From Octopus vulgaris (taxonomy: Eukaryota), in NCBI GenBank assembly GCA_951406725.2, contig OX597835.1, positions 18,972,001 to 19,036,000 of the forward strand: a stretch of DNA of 64,000 nt, read 5' to 3'. The notes under the pieces are model-generated. The model was not told where the DNA came from and did not search any database. It was given only the letters and a program-made list of their open reading frames with translations. The position numbers and the translations under genes were made by a program. Positions 39,988 to 53,545 of the stretch are shown in pieces; the stretch's first letter is position 1, and each line of letters begins with the position of its first letter.

Positions 39988-40054
39988 TAACGGCAGACGA
40001 AATACGGCAACGCATTTCGCCCGGCGTGCTAACGATTCTGCCAGCTCGCCGCCT
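39988..40054 (-). mobile_element. SINE family C head fragment
   Basis: GCATTTCGCCCGGCGTGCTAACGATTCTGCCAGCTCGCCGCC. Confidence 0.88.
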
Positions 40055-40064
40055 TAGAGTTGCT

Positions 40065-41590
40065 TAAAATTTTGACTAGACTGAATCAGAAACTATTTAA
40101 ATACAAAACAGATGTAAATCATAATATATTAAAATGTATCCAGAATGAAGCGAAAATGAGATAAAACAAACCAGAAAATAGAAAACGAAAGATGCGTTAA
40201 GCATTAATATGACTACAATGGGAATATATTGAAATGCTAACAAGATAAAAGTCAGTATAAATTAAAATATTTACTAGACTAAAACACTAATAGATTAAAA
40301 TATTAAGTCAAGTACAATGAGATTAATTTAAATAGTAACTTGACTATAAATATTATTGTGCAAAATGCTAACTAGACTACAGGCGATGTTAAAATATTAA
40401 TACGAATACAGCAGAATAGATAAAGAATACTAACTAGAATCTGAATAGATTAAAATATTAAGTAGAATAAACGAGAAACTGTTATCATAGTCACTAAACT
40501 ACTTCCAAAATTACTAAAATACTAACCAGGATAAAAGCACAATTGATGGAAATGGAAACAATATTAAAATCTGAACTGATTGAAATGTTAACGTTAATAC
40601 AATCTTAGGTTAAAAACTAACAACTCTACCATCAGAATAGTCATATACTAACAAGAATCTAATATTGACTCACTAACACGCCAACAGCCACGAGGTTTTC
40701 AGACACTAACCCAAATAAAAAAAATAAATCCACAATGGACTAAAATATTAACTATATTAAAACACAATTGATTAACATATTAAATAAGCTGCAAGGAAAT
40801 GAAATAAAATTGTATTCATATCCAAATATAGATTTCTGTAAAATACTACCTAGACTGGTTCAGATTGCATTGAAATTATAATTAGACTATTGTCAAAATA
40901 CGTTAAATCTCTAACCCAGAGTACGACTGAAATATATTAGAATATTAAAATGAATGCAACTACAATTCGTTAAATATTTACACCACTATATATGGCCTAG
41001 ATTATAATGCTAGCTGACTACAGACAGAATAGATTAAAATATTAACTAGACTAAAACTAGAATACAGTAATGTCTTTCATCGAATACAATCGGAGTACTT
41101 TAAATATTATCGAGAATAAAACTAGAATTTGTGAAAATGATGAATACAATTCACAAATGACGTTTTAAAATAGTAACCATGGTTCAGATAGATTTGATTA
41201 GTGTAGTAACCTGAGTAAATGGTGAATAGATAGATTAAACTAATAAGTATAATACAAGGAAATAATACTGTGTAATAACTAAATTAAAGTAATGATTGTT
41301 TAAAATACCAAGTCGACTACAAGAGGAATAAATACTACACTGACAATAAACAAAATAGTTTGTAACGTGCAAAGCGGAAAACAGCAAGAATTTATTAACA
41401 TGTTTAACTAAATTCACATAGAGACGATTCAGATACTACTTGTTACATAGAAGGTTCAAATACCCATAAGTTAAGTAAGAAACAGATGATAGGTTTAATA
41501 GTTCATCATTTTGGCTAGACTACGACATTAAGTGGATTACAATCGGAATAAACGAAAATATTGATTAGACTGATATTACAATATATTAAA
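40065..41590. repeat. decayed ~33-bp minisatellite, block 1
   Basis: Recurring ACTAGACTAAAACTAGAATAGATTAAAATATTA-like unit, e.g. ATTAAAATAT at 40261 and 40294. Confidence 0.75.
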
Positions 41591-41599
41591 CGTGACTTA

Positions 41600-41857
41600 G
41601 GCACAGGCGTGGCTGTGTGGTAGGAAACTTGCTTCCCAAACGCATTGTTCCGGGTTCAGTCCCTCTGTGTGGTACCTTCGGCAGCCGTCTTCTACTATAA
41701 CCTCGAGTCGACCAAAGTCCTGTGAGTGGAATCGAGAGCCGGAAACTGAAAGAAGCCCGTCATACATGTATATACATATACTTAGTATATACATGTACAT
41801 ATATATATATATATTTATACACATACACAAACTCACTCACACACATACATTCATATA

Positions 41858-41903
<46 letters not shown>

Positions 41904-42147
41904 TGTGTGTGTGTGTGTGTGTGTGTGTATCTTTGTCTCTGTGATTGTCAGCTACTACTGCTTATCAACCAGTGTTGGTGTGTATATATCCCTCAACTCA
42001 GGGATGTCGTAAATGTACCGATAGAATAAGTACTAGGATTAAAAGTTGTTCTAGTTTCGATTTGTTTAACTAAAATCCTTCAAGTCATTGCTCCAACATG
42101 GCCGCAGTGAAATGAATGACAGAATTAAAAAAATAAAAGATAAAAGA
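41600..42147 (+). mobile_element. SINE family B, older full-length copy
   Basis: Head, CORE-like segment, expanded internal microsatellite and tail all recognisable. Confidence 0.87.
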
Positions 42148-42516
42148 AGGAGGTCGCTTAGTTAAATACAAAACAACAATTAATGTTTCAAATAACATGA
42201 CACCAACAATCCTATTACAAATTTGAATAATGTTTCCCTGTCTGTTACCTTTTTATGTTCGTTAACGCCTCCTAGGCCGTTGGGGCAAGGAAAACAAAAC
42301 TCAAATCCCAGGGAATGTGGTAAGGGGTTCTATTTTTTAAGGGCCAATGACCCCCATATTTCTACTGTATTTTACACTAAATGCATGGCATTGGCGATCA
42401 ATTCGAAGATATGACAATGAATTTCATCTCATGAACTCTTAGGGAATATCGTAAGGCGGTGCAATTTCTGAAAGCCTGCTTAAATGAGGTCCCCACTGGT
42501 CCCCTCCTCTTTCCCT

Positions 42517-42918
42517 CTCTTTTACTTGTTTCAGTCAGTTGACTGCGGCCATGCTGGAGCACCGCCTTTAATCGAGCAACTCGACCCCGGGACTTATTCT
42601 TTTGTAAGCCCAGTACTTATTCTATCGGTCTCTTCTTTGCCGAACCGCTAAGTAACCGGGACATAAACACACCAGCATCGGTTGTCAAGCAATGCTAGGG
42701 GAACAAACACAGACACACAAACACACATACGCATACACATATATATACATATATACGACGGGCTTCTTTCAGTTTCCGTCTACCAAATCCACTCACAAGG
42801 CTTTGGTCGGCCGGAGGTTACAGTAGAAGACACTTGCCCAAGGTGCCACGCAGTGGGACTGAACCCGGAACCATGTGGTTGGTAAACCAGCTACTTACCA
42901 CACAGCCACTCCTGCGCC
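42517..42918 (-). mobile_element. SINE family B, full length
   Basis: Reverse complement of 38812-39244. Confidence 0.93.
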
Positions 42919-43711
42919 TATTTTATTGCATTCATCTCCCCATATTTTTATTGCATTTATCTCGCTCCTACGCTTATTGATTAAATTTTGATCAGCATCA
43001 GTGCTTAGCACATTTGCAGAAGTAAGTTTGGGCATTCTAAATACCTTCATGTAAAGTCAAATCGAGATAAAGAGTTATAACGAGTACGTTTCAAGTATGG
43101 TAGTATGGATGCTTATATTTTGTAGTTTACGAAATGTATGTCTAGGTGGAAAACTTCCGTTTTCATATTGGTGCTTGGGCCTTTAGCACCAGAGCTCAAT
43201 AGTTTTTTTCTACCTGAATACCCTATAAGATTCCCCAAAGCCCTCCTCAGAAGCTAGCCTGAGTGCCACTTGAAGGGCAGCTTCGTGGCCAGAAACTAAA
43301 CCGTAAGTCTTATAGGAAGCTGTAGGTCAAACTAGAGACTAGCTGAATGTCTATCGGCAAAGCTAGCAGAAAGCGGTCCAAGTGTTGCTACACCGACATA
43401 CTGTTACAGAGATAGAATTCACGTTACATATTCAATGAACAATAAGTTATGGGACATGGGGTTTAGGTTTGGGTACTAGTGAAGTATAGATATTGAGTGC
43501 ATGGTTATGGGAGTGCGGATATCTATCGGGAGTTTGAAATGGGGTATCGGATAATTTATACCAGGAGATACATATACAATGAATGTGCCCGAGTCCATTA
43601 TTTCACACAAGGTTAGAGGGCCGCGTAGCTGTCCGATAGTATGGCCAAAGTCCTCAAGGCGCAGGAGTGGCTAAATCGAATGTTGTCCGAAGTGCTGCTT
43701 CAACGTCAGTA

Positions 43712-44960
43712 TATTTTAAAATAGAAGACACATAACAATAAGTAAGAATTAGTTAAAATTGTGAATAGAGTAAATCTAAAACTGATACACATAATAACAA
43801 ATTCAACTAGTTTATATGAAATAGGGCGTAGAATGTGGAGGCGCGTGGCTTAGTGGTTACGGCATTCGGCTCGCGATTTTAAGGTCGTGAGTTCGATTCC
43901 CGGCGACGCGTTGTGTCCTTGAGCAAGACACTTTATTTCATGTTGCTCCAGTCCTTTCAGCTGGAAAAAATGAGTTGTACCTGTATTTCAAAGGGCCGGC
44001 CTTGTCACACTCTGTGTCACGCTGAATCTCCCTGAGAACTACGTTAGGGGTACGCGTGTCTGTGGATTGCTCTGTCACTTGCACGTTAATTTCACGCGCA
44101 AACTGTTCCGTTGATCGTATCAGCTGGGATCCTCGTCGTCGTAACCGACGGAGTGCTCCTAAGGGCGTAGAATACCGTGGGAATTGATTACTATTTTCTA
44201 TAGTATAAACATAGAACATTCTAGGCAATGATCAGTAAAAATGTGGCATGAGTTTAAGTAATAATTTCATTACAAACTGAATATGCTAATATACAAAATG
44301 TACTAAATACAAAATAGGTTAGTATAGTCAATAGACTAAAGATAGTAATACTTTTTGTAGCAAGTGTAAAATAATCCGATGTGGATAAAATATGGCCTAC
44401 ATAAATGCCGAAGACCTTAAAAAGCTAGAAAGGTTATTAACTGACTAGATTAAGATACTAACTCGACTAAGACTAAAATAGGTTACAATATTTACTAGAT
44501 TAAAAATGGAATAGGTTAGCATATCAAGAAGAATAAGATGTGAACAGGATAAAACAGAAAGTAGACAAAAGTCAGAATAAGTTAAAAACAGAGCAAACGA
44601 GAATAAAAGCAGAACTTAAGAGAATATTAACTTGACTAACACTAGAATGGGTAGTAATATTAACTAGACTTAAACCAGAAAAGATTAAAATTCCAAGAAC
44701 AATAAACCCAGACTAAGATAAAATATTACCTAGACGAAAGCTAGTGCAGTTCAGAATACTTCTTAGCTTTACAACTAGAATAGATTGGAAAAAAAAAATA
44801 CCCAGCAAGATTACAAGCAAACCATATAGACTGTTAACCTGAGAACAACGAAAAGATATTAAAAGAGCTAACCAGACTATAACCAGAATGGATTTTAAAA
44901 AGCAAACCAGACAGCAACCTGATGACGTTAGATTATTAAAATATATACCAAAGCCACTAA
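43712..44960. repeat. decayed ~33-bp minisatellite, block 2
   Basis: Same unit (e.g. AATATTAACTAGACTTAAACCAGAAAAGATTAAAA), interrupted by the SINE at 43837. Confidence 0.7.
43837..44160 (+). mobile_element. SINE with a different head and the family A 3' half; 12-bp TSD
   Basis: AGGGCGTAGAAT at 43823-43834 and 44162-44173; head with TTGTGTCCTTGAGCAAGACACTT joined to TTGTACCTGTATTTCAAAGGG... A tail. Confidence 0.9.
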
Positions 44961-45225
44961 AAATGATATTGCTGCCTATGTTTTTGGCTTTCAAATAAAT
45001 TTTAAATTCTGTTTTCTTCCAGAAAAATAAATTTCTTATCAAACTTCTCCTTTCATTCTTGCTCTTTCTTTCTTTCTGTCTGTCTGTCTTCCATTTTATA
45101 TTCTTTCTTTTCTCTTCATATCTTTCGTTATGTCTTAGTTACTTCTGTTTTCTTTATTTTTGTTTATTTCTTGCTCTTACACAATTTCTGCGCGTGTATA
45201 TAAAACCCGCTATAGTCTAAGCAGT

Positions 45226-45271
<46 letters not shown>

Positions 45272-45828
45272 CATATTCATATAGACAGGCGAACACATAC
45301 TCACATACACTCACACACACAAGCACATGCAAAATGAAGCGCACACACACACACATATGTATTCTAGATAAATATTGAACACAATAAATTGACAGATGAC
45401 GTCAACAACAACAATAACAACAACAACAACAACAACAACAACAGCGGCAACAACATCAACAACGATAAGAGCAACGACGATGACAACCACGATGACGATT
45501 ATGATGATAATGATGATGATGACGATGGCGACACAGACTACGATGACGAAAGACGACAACGGCGACGATGACGATCAAGAACGTAATCAAAATAATTCAA
45601 TAGAGAGTAAGAATGACAAACAAAAGTATAAATTCAAATAAATTAATTATGGAAAACGTATTTAGTGTCCATTTTTGATATGTGTAACAACTGATTTTAA
45701 GAGTTTCTGTTTACTGAAATAACTTTTAACTCGGTTAATATTGTTAATAGCATAACAACAACAACAGCTACGATACTACATACAGAACCAACACCTCCAC
45801 GACTACCGAGACCACCACCAACATCATC

Positions 45829-45861
<33 letters not shown>

Positions 45862-46893
45862 AACAACTAAATGGTAATATTAATGAAAATATACGAAGAG
45901 TTAACAATGTAATTGTAAAGGAATGTATCAAAATTCACAATAATTTAATAATTATGTTGATAATATTAAGCACTGCTTCTATTGTCTCTGCGACTTATTC
46001 ATACGTACAAAAAGTCTGTTATTACACTGATATACCAAAGTTATATCGGGATATACAACGTTACATAAAAACGAACGGTAAGGGACATTATAGATATAAA
46101 GTTGGACCGTTTAATTATTAATAATTATTAGGTTTCATTGAATGTATGTACATGTGTACGGTATACACAATTATACGCAAATATATGTACACATATATGC
46201 ACATTTATACTTGTATATATGGTACACGAGGAGTTTTCTTCTACTCACACAAGCTAATTGGTAGGTCATTAAAACTCCGTCAGGAACTGTGGTTGATTAT
46301 GTGATATTGAGACTACCTTTTCAGAAGCGGCTAGGGGTGACTTCTTCCAGAGCAGGTAGGTACAGATTAAAAAGACACGTAAGGCAAACCTTTCGGCAAG
46401 ACTTGACAAAGACATTTAATTTAAATATAGGATCAACAATTTTTATTCTTGTCTACTTTCCAATTGCTGACTAGGAAAAAATAAACTAAGCCATTTTGGT
46501 TACATCCTTGAATGTTTCAGCATAATTTCCCGCATTTTTTAACTGTTACCATTGCTATTGTACGAGATTCTCAGTCAGATGTTTATGTATAAAACTTTAT
46601 ATCAGTTTGAGATGTATTTCAGATATCACATATGTAATATCTGTCGTTATGTTCAAGTGCGGTCGTATAATAATCCGCGTTCGTTACTTTAGTTGAAGTA
46701 TCAAGTTACCACGTTAGGAGAAGGATTCCTTGTGACCACAAAAATCGACATATTAAATCCAACGATGTGTATGACGCTGTTTCCAGATGTGTGCACTCGT
46801 ATATATGTGTGAGTTCGTTCAGTGTGTGTCTCCACGTGCGGACGCGTGCGAGTCTACAAACGATAGGTCAGAGCTATATATATATATATATAT

Positions 46894-47199
46894 GGAGGCG
46901 CAATGGCTCAGTGGTTAGGGCAGTGGACTCGCGGTCGTAGGATCGCGGTTTCGATTCCCAGACCGGGCGTTGTGAGTGTTTATTGGTTTATTGAGCGAAA
47001 GCACCTAAAAGCTCCACGATGCTCCGGCAGGGGGGTGCTGATCCCTGCTGTACTCTTTCACCACTCTTTCTCCCACTCTTTCTTCTGTTGTTCTGCTCGC
47101 TTAGCCAGCGGGGTGGCATCATTTGAAGGCTAAAACAATGCGAATGCATTGTGACCAGCGATGTGTAACGACATCCGAGGGTATGGTCAGTCACGTGAT

Positions 47200-47207
<8 letters not shown>
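46894..47207 (+). mobile_element. SINE with family A head and an unrelated 3' tail
   Basis: Family A head to ~47085, then CTGCTCGCTTAGCCAGCGGGGTGGC...(TCACGTGA)2. Confidence 0.88.
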
Positions 47208-47243
<36 letters not shown>

Positions 47244-47306
47244 GAAAACAGTTGGAGTCAACAAGAAGTTGCGTATTGGACATTTATTTCCAGCAGACAA
47301 CCATAC

Positions 47307-47345
47307 TTAGGATGTCTTTCGATTAATTTTAATTCTTCAGCTATT
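47307..47345 (-). ncRNA. degenerate minimal hammerhead-like motif
   Basis: Minus strand TAG-CTGAAGA-ATTAAaaTTAATC-GAAA-GAC-ATC-CTA; weak stem III. Confidence 0.4.
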
Positions 47346-47452
47346 TTGGGGGGCTTGCAATCGCCTATATTATTAATTCTGTTATTATCTATGTGTTTCC
47401 ATGCATATATATATATATATATAACTTCTTGTTGACTCCAACTGTTTTCAAT

Positions 47453-47509
<57 letters not shown>

Positions 47510-47559
47510 CTCTCACCTATTGTTTGTAGACTCACACGCGTCCGCACGTGTTTTACTCA

Positions 47560-47682
47560 TTATCTTTTATTAAACTTTTAATACTTTTGATATATATTTA
47601 AAATAATATAAATTAATTAATTTTATGTATTGGCTTAAGTTTTTCATTGTTTGATTTGCCTAATAGTGGTTTTATCTCTAAT

Positions 47683-47692
<10 letters not shown>
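47560..47692. mobile_element. single arm of the AT-rich element that forms the 56217-56505 palindrome
   Basis: TATGTATTGGCTTAAGTTTTTCATTG...CCTAATAGTGGTTTTATCTCTAATTTAATAT shared. Confidence 0.8.
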
Positions 47693-47731
<39 letters not shown>

Positions 47732-47775
47732 AAGTCACATAAAAACATATGTATACATATATTCGTATATACATT

Positions 47776-48220
47776 GTTGTTCTTGTTGTTTGTTGTTGCT
47801 GGCATCCTTTTGTCTCGGGAGACAATGGATTTGCGCATAAACTAATCCAGTCTGGTTTTTACATTTCATGTCCTCTCCAGTTTCCTCTCCAGTTTTGCGC
47901 AGGCCTGGGCTAGATGTAAGGAAATCCTGGGTAGCCCAATCGTCAGAAAATTCCTCTCTCGACCTTGCTGACGTAGTCCAAGGGAGTTCAGAGCATTACG
48001 TTTGGCACAAGCTGCCGGAAGAGTGTCGAGTAAAACACTAAACCGCCTACGGGACTCAACTCCGGATTTCTTTGAAGGTTGTCTCCTTTCCTTAACCCTG
48101 GATAGGAGCCCATACCGGGTACTGTCAGCCGGAGCCGGCTGAGCCAGCTGGGCCCAGGACTCGTGTCAGGCAGGGTCCTCACTCCCTGAAGTAGTGAGGA
48201 AAATCGCTACCCACTACTAT
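47776..48220 (-). mobile_element. short non-autonomous RTE-like retroelement
   Basis: GC-rich structured 5' end and (CAA)n-type tail after ATCCATTGTCTCCCGAGACAAAAGGATGCC, resembling RTE 3' ends. Confidence 0.55.
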
Positions 48221-48222
48221 AT

Positions 48223-48355
<133 letters not shown>

Positions 48356-48810
48356 ATATATGCATATACATGCACGCACGCACACATACGCACATACACA
48401 CATATATATATAAACCTTCTCATTCAGATTTAGTAAAGATTTGTGACTAATGATTCTTGCCTGGATTTAAAATTACTAATATACGCTGTGAGCAACGACC
48501 AAAAGATTCTATACAGGTGATATTTTTGTCTGAAAATCCATACTTAATAACTTGGTAATATGGATGTGTTGGCGTCCATAATTTCTTAAATATTGTTCTT
48601 GCAGTTCAAAAATAGCGTTACATATAATTTTATCATAAACTTTTATAACCATATATGAAGTCATAGGATTATGCAAATCTATTATATTCATATTTATGGA
48701 CTTTGAGACGCTGTAGAATTTACGAGATATTGTTCAAAATTGGAAATATCTGTTCAAAGTGACATGCGTTTCATCTTTTGGTTTCGTGATATAAACGTTT
48801 TATATCGAAA

Positions 48811-48917
48811 CTAGGAGTATCGTGCGGTGTTGCTCGGGTTTGTTTCGACCCTTTAGAATTGGAATTTTGAAAAATTAAAATTTTGCATTATGTAGATTGT
48901 TATTCTCTTTAAGTGAA
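48811..48917 (-). mobile_element. Helitron 3'-end fragment
   Basis: A|CTAGGAGTATCGTGCGGTGTTGCTCGGGTTTGT matches the 18470 terminus. Confidence 0.7.
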
Positions 48918-48939
48918 TATACACACACACACGCACGCA

Positions 48940-48987
<48 letters not shown>

Positions 48988-49011
48988 CATATATATGTAT
49001 GATTGTGTATA

Positions 49012-49231
49012 GGAGGGGGTGCTGAAAATTTCCTGGCTTTAAGGTTATTGTGAAAGGCCTGGTTAGAAGCCAAAAATTCCGAGTTCTTTTACCAGCCTTA
49101 GATAAAATGAAGGGCTGTTGTAATAATGTGTGAATGTCAGGTGGAAGTATTTTGAATAGAATCATAATTAACAGATCCTCCTGTATTTTCGTTTACCCAA
49201 AGCAAGTCAAGGACATTCGGATACTCTTCCG
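49012..49231 (+). mobile_element. mariner-derived MITE (decayed)
   Basis: TA-GGAGGGGGTGCTGAAAATTTCCTGGCTTT TIR-like start; retains transposase C-terminal scrap (WLEA..SEFFY...CVN); degenerate right TIR then TA. Confidence 0.6.
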
Positions 49232-49233
49232 TA

Positions 49234-49235
49234 TC

Positions 49236-49281
<46 letters not shown>

Positions 49282-49450
49282 TTTGTGTCTATCTTTGTCC
49301 CTCCAATACCTCTTGACAACTGGTGTTGGTGAGCCTACGTCTCTATAATTTATTGGTGAGACCGAGAAGATAAGTGTCTATTTGTTCGATTCGAACTCGT
49401 GAAGGCGCTGCCCGCAGCTTGCTCGCAGACAAAGGACCGAAACAAAAGAT
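49234..49450 (+). mobile_element. SINE family B, highly diverged 3' half
   Basis: TTTGTCCC...CTTGACAACTGGTGTTGGTG...GAAGGCGCTGCCC...GAAACAAAAGA. Confidence 0.6.
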
Positions 49451-50354
49451 TCGTAGGAATTCTATACGCTTATTCTTTTATTCTTTTACTTGTTTCACTC
49501 AAAAGAGCGCGACAAGAACTGTTTAAGTGAGAAATCTTTCATTATATTTCAGGACACATATACAGTAAATGATCATAATTATTTAGCTGATGTAGACACA
49601 CAGCTAAATATTATCTTCAGATTCCACAACTTCCTTCTTACACCCGACGTAGATCTGCATATCTTTGCATTCAGCAGTAACATTTATACCATTGAAAAAA
49701 AAGTAAATAGTAAATTTTCATATATTTTAGATATTTTCTCTCTTAATATAATATAAAAAATGTTCCCCGTACATAAGCGCATCGATTTTTCTTTCATATT
49801 TCCTTCTTTCGTTTTTTCTCGACCATTTTCTCTTCACCATCTATTTCGTAGTTATATCAATTTTCTGTCTGTTTTTCATTTTATACATAGGGCCTTTATG
49901 CTGTTGATATATAAATAGGGGTCTTTTGCTTCAGCATTCTTCAATCAATAGTTTGCATTTACTTTAAAATACTTTACTGAATAATTATTTACGTGTTCGC
50001 AATATTTTCTTATTTTCTATAATTAAGTCAAGAAATTGGCGGGGTAGCCATGTCTGATGTTTTAACTTTCTATCAACAAAAAAAAAAATCTTTTTATCAG
50101 TTTACAATCAACATGAAATATTCTCTTTTCTCATTGCAATTTAAATTCTAGTTTCACCTACACAGACACGTTTAAGCATACACACACTTACACACGTACA
50201 CACACTCACACATATGTATAGGTATATGAATGCGTGTATATATGTGCGAAAGGAAGTTTGTGGATGCAAATTCATAGTTGCCGGTATCATAAATATTTAC
50301 ATATGCTCGTGTATGTCTGTGCACCAATTGGTGTATGTAGTGAGATATTAGTAA

Positions 50355-50435
<81 letters not shown>

Positions 50436-50448
50436 ATGTATATATATG

Positions 50449-50533
<85 letters not shown>

Positions 50534-51390
50534 ATATTCATCTATATTGAAAATATATTAGTCATTACATCATTATCCTTTTATTGCTTAAACACAAAAA
50601 TCTATTCCAACTATATTCCTTGCCATCAGTTCTAAAAAAAAATTCTCACAACTATTACAGAGTTATATGAAAATATTCTAAGATTGCTATGCGTTCAATT
50701 TATCATACTTTTTTTTTGTATTTCTTTTAATGGCCCTCATGGTAACTGATTAAAAAATGTTGGTCTTGTTTGAGTTTAATAAAAGCGAAGCAAAAATGGC
50801 ATCATACATTTAATGGAAAGCCGAGAAAGTAACTTTAAACCACACAAATGTTCTGTATTTATGATACGACAAATTACTTTCAGCAGAAAATATTGGGAGG
50901 TAAAAATGATAGAATAGGATAGGAATGTTATTTTCGTCCGGAATCTAATAGAATTCTAAGAATAAATAGTAAATCATTCAATAAGGAATAATTTTCTGCT
51001 GTGTTCTACGCAACCATTCTGCAAGAATATATATAGACACGAGAATGTCGTTGATCAATTTAAGAAAAAAAACTTTTTCTTCTTTCTGTAATGATGAAAT
51101 ACAAATCAATTCTTTCCTGATGATGTACACGTAGGTAAGGAAGACTTAATTTTCGAATTGATACAAGGTTAATAGGAATTACTTCGATTGAGAAAGATCT
51201 CTAATACATTGGATGGATATTGTATAAAAGTGTACCCTAATATTTCGAATAATTTCCCTCGATATTTCTAACTAGTTATGTCATAGTGCGTTTATATTTA
51301 AAACTATGATTAGTCGTCCACTTAATTCTGTTTTTGTTTTCGCATTGTGACAACTAAAAAGCAAAACAACTTCGTTAACGAATGATATTC

Positions 51391-51806
51391 TTATTTCATT
51401 AATGCCCACAAGGGGCTACACCCAGAGGGGACAAACAAGGAAAGACAAACGGATTAAGCCAATTACATCGACCCCAGTGCGTAACTGGTACTTAATTTAT
51501 CGACCCCGAAAGGATGAAATGCAAAGTCGACCCCAGCGGAATTTGAAATCAGAACATAAAGGCAGGCGAAATACTTATTTCTATACTACTCACAAGGAGG
51601 TAAACACAGAGGGGACAAACAAGGAGAGACAAACGGATTAAGTCGATTACACCGACACCAGTGCGTAACTGGTACTTATTTAATCGACCCCGAAAGGATA
51701 AAAGGCAAAGTCGACCTCGGCGGAATTTGAACTCAGAACGTAACGGCAGGCGAAATACTGTTAAGCATTTCGCCCGGCGTGCTATCGTTTCTGTCTGCTC
51801 GTCGCC
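51391..51806 (-). mobile_element. SINE family C dimer with TSD
   Basis: CGTTAACGAATGA at 51373-51385 and 51809-51821. Confidence 0.9.
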
Positions 51807-52429
51807 TACGTTAACGAATGAATATTCTGGTAAGAAATGTATTGAGTAAAGAGAGCGTGGGCGATTAGATAAAAAGGGGCTGGTTGATTTACTTTAGCGA
51901 TTTCTCTCTAAACTATACCCGTAACTCATGTTAAAGAATTTTCTGTAGTGCCAGCGTAATCACAAATAAGATTCTAGCAAACGTCTTCTATTTTTCAATT
52001 TCCAAGTATTATACGGTTAACTGCGGGCAAATTCGCCTTTCCAAAATTTTATTAAATCAAGAGAACTGTTGACAAATTTCTTAAATGCTGTTTTCCATTT
52101 CAGCGATAAACATATCCGCTGCTTTTAATATACGCGTAAACCGAGTTTCGATCTTCATCTGGTTTTTCTTTGCTCTTGTACATTTTTTTCTATTTTTGCA
52201 ATGTGTGGCACGCGAGAAATCGAGAAAAAAAAATGGCACATATCCTACGAAAAGTTAAAAAGATTATTTCTAAAACCAAATATAAAATTATTTGAGAAAC
52301 GAATTGCTTATTTTGTTTAATAAATAATATAATTATATTTTTAATATCTCTTGATGCACTTTGAAGTGTAATATGGATTTGGCAACTCCTGAAAATTTAT
52401 TGAAAAGGGTAAAAAAAAAAACCCAGAAA

Positions 52430-52905
52430 ATTATTTGTGGATTGCACTGCACCAGTGCACCTGCACGCATCGTGAAACACTGGATTAGATATGACGTTTT
52501 CTATATTAAAATATGGAAATATTGGGAAAATACACTAGATACCATGGCTTTCATGGATTAGGAAATGGACAGAGAAGCGTAGAATATTATCTACTTGCTG
52601 GGTTCAAAGAAACAATAATATAAACGTGTATGAAACGATATTACACGAGTCGCTGCAGTAGGAATCAGTGAATCAATATATCTCTTCCTGGAAGCCTACG
52701 ACATAATAAAAACCATTACAGATGTTAAAAGCTAGCAGGGGACGTTGAAATATAAAATATACCTTAATAAGTTCAACAAACGATTACAGGTACAGTGCAG
52801 TTTCTGTCGAGTTAATACCACCGTATGTTTACGAATAGTATTCGAGAAAATTCTGCACTGATGCTCTTCATAGTAAGGTAGTATCGCCACAGATGTGAAA
52901 TAGTG
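52430..52905 (+). mobile_element. ancient CR1/L2-type reverse-transcriptase relic
   Basis: AFMD*EMDREA*NIIYL...RVAAVGISESIYLFL and DALHSKVV/IATDVK resemble VDVIYLDFxKAFD...KLxxxGIxG and SKxxLFADDxK in the expected order. Confidence 0.45.
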
Positions 52906-53016
52906 GAAATGACTCAGACAAAATCATATATGCCTGTCTGTCTGTCCGTCTATCTCTTTATCTATATGTTTAATGATCCAGGCTCTCTTTCTATTTATCT
53001 GTCCTTGTATATTTAT

Positions 53017-53203
53017 TCTTTTACTTGTTTCAGTCATTTCACTGTGGACATACTGGAACACCGCCTTTAGTCGAGCAAATCGATCCCAGGACTTATTCTT
53101 TGTAAGCCTAGTACTTATTCTATCGGTCTCCTTTGCCGAACGGCTAACTTACGGGAACGTAAACACACCAGCATTGGTTGCGAAGCAATGTTAGGGGGAC
53201 ATG

Positions 53204-53248
<45 letters not shown>

Positions 53249-53370
53249 GCACGCACACACACACACACACACACACGAACACACACATATATATTCGACG
53301 GGTTTCTTTCAGTTTCCGCCTACCAAATCCACCCACATCGCTCTGATTGGCTCGAGGCTGTAGTAGAATA
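53017..53370 (-). mobile_element. SINE family B, diverged, 5'-truncated
   Basis: Tail, body and internal (CA)n as in 5274-5625. Confidence 0.85.
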
Positions 53371-53492
53371 CTCCTGCTTACAGATACACAAACGCACACA
53401 CAAACTTACATGCGTATGTAGTTGATGCTAAATCCTTTCTATATCCATCTTGTATCATATAACTTATTACAGAATCCCAGTCAATATATGTG

Positions 53493-53545
<53 letters not shown>

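Larger units (their letters stand above)
46833..47550. repeat. nested inverted repeat spanning a TA tract
   Basis: Outer arms 46833-46880 / 47503-47550; inner arms 47240-47270 / 47423-47453. Confidence 0.88.
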
